DNA of 64,000 nucleotides from Eledone cirrhosa (Eukaryota), in assembly GCA_964016885.1 (NCBI GenBank), contig CAXHJY010001145.1:1-64000 (forward strand), written 5' to 3'. The first letter of the stretch is position 1. Each line of letters begins with the position of its first letter. Shown here piece after piece: positions 62,928 through 64,000 of this stretch. The notes beneath the pieces were generated by a model. That model worked only from the letters and a program-made list of their open reading frames with translations, ran no database searches and was not told the DNA's origin. The translations under genes were made by a program, and so were the position numbers.

Positions 62928-64000
62928 AAAAAGTAAACAGAAATAACAACACAATCGGTACAGTATATGGAAAGGATATATTAGGTTAACGCTTGATATA
63001 GCAGGAAGAGGGTCTTAATGTTTTGGACGGTAGTCCTTCATCAGAAGAAAGAATGAGAAATAAGATAGATTGAGGGGACGGGCAGGTTGGAATTGGAAAA
63101 AAATGTCTTTAGATAAAAATAACAGGTCCATTCATGTTGACATCTCTTGCAAAACTGTTGGTGCTGGCGTTTGGTGTATGATTTATTTTCTAGAAAAGTG
63201 GATGATGGAGTGCGTCTACCTGAAATGGAAAAAAAAACGTTTTGTAAAAAGAGCTATACTTGAGCACGTGCGTAAGCATGTGTGTGTGTGTATGTTATTA
63301 CACGTCTGTAAGAAATGTGTGTGTATATGTGAGTAAGAAGAAATGTGTGTGTATATGTGAGTAAAAGAGTGTGTTTGCATGTAAGTACGAAGCTATGAAC
63401 AAAAGTATGTTAATATAAGGGTGTGTATGTGTATATACAGAGCAGTGAAGGGAAAAGTGGAGTGAGCATATATAGTCGGCATGTATTAGTTGTAAGAGAA
63501 GATGTTAATGATCAAGAGAAAGCGATAGGAATCTAAGGGTGTGATAATGGACGGGGTATTAGAGAAATTGGGGAGGTGAGTTGAGTCCAAGAGGGGAATA
63601 GGACCCAAGGCAGTGAATCAGACTTTGTTCAGTCCCGGTGCGCGAGGCCTGTGATCCATGATGTAAAAGGACACCTAGGACTGAAACATGTAGGGAAGAA
63701 TGACCAGGAGAACAGAAATGACGGGCGACAGGAGTATCCAAACCGAGTCATATGTCCCTCAAATGCTTGGCAAAACGGTCTGCCATACGGCTTCCTGTTT
63801 TTATGATATATAAAGACCCATAAAGTGAACACCAGAGGGCATAGACGTGGGTGGATGTGCAGGTGAAAGAGTGGCGGATACGAAAGACCCGTTAGAGCCT
63901 GTAAGAGTAGTGAGGGTGGAAATGAAGGAACAACTGTTGCAGCGGGAACAGGAACAAGGATGAGAGCCGGGTGGAGTCGTGGGAGAGGATGAGAAGGAAC
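60750..64000 (-). mobile_element. Penelope-like element in partial tandem: endonuclease 3' end, 3' UTR, two pseudo-LTRs, next ORF N-terminus, pseudo-LTR
   Basis: 63559-64000 endonuclease tail PVARHFCSPGHS..EQSLIHCLGSYSPLGLN; pseudo-LTRs with hammerhead remnants at 63013-63047, 62495-62529, 60810-60845; 60900-62170 encodes HISFLSCCL..IPQGF, LSKAERSLLARGLCFIPT, IIKPTDKGGTVVVW. Confidence 0.88.
62690..62870 (-). mobile_element. tRNA-derived SINE of a second family
   Basis: Minus-strand B-box GAGTTCGATTC followed by TCCTTGAGCAAGACACTTTATTTCACGTTGCTCC. Confidence 0.6.

Overview
Repeat-dominated, AT-rich eukaryotic DNA. The SINE families, (TA)n/(CA)n density and Penelope load resemble octopus genomes; that is recognition from memory, not a database result. 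Most ORFs in the track are microsatellite artefacts. Supported content: (1) Penelope-like retroelements (PLEs), including an uninterrupted ~600-codon RT/GIY-YIG ORF. (2) More than 20 minimal hammerhead-ribozyme motifs from about nine sequence families. (3) A 4.2-kb LTR retrotransposon with a -1 frameshift signal, inserted into a hammerhead core. (4) Two tandem L1/Tx1-like LINEs ending in (ATT)n, whose 3' tail matches that of the dominant tRNA-derived SINE. (5) Decayed CRE-like and RTE-like LINEs, Helentron-like tandem units, piggyBac- and hAT-type MITEs, and a 56-bp minisatellite. (6) Three phase-compatible exons of an unidentified host gene (47.1-51.4 kb). The most unusual pattern is recurrent head-to-head fold-back duplication, often placing a hammerhead on each strand. 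One case (27.26-27.50 kb) preserves a junction showing that the fold-back also copied target-site DNA.
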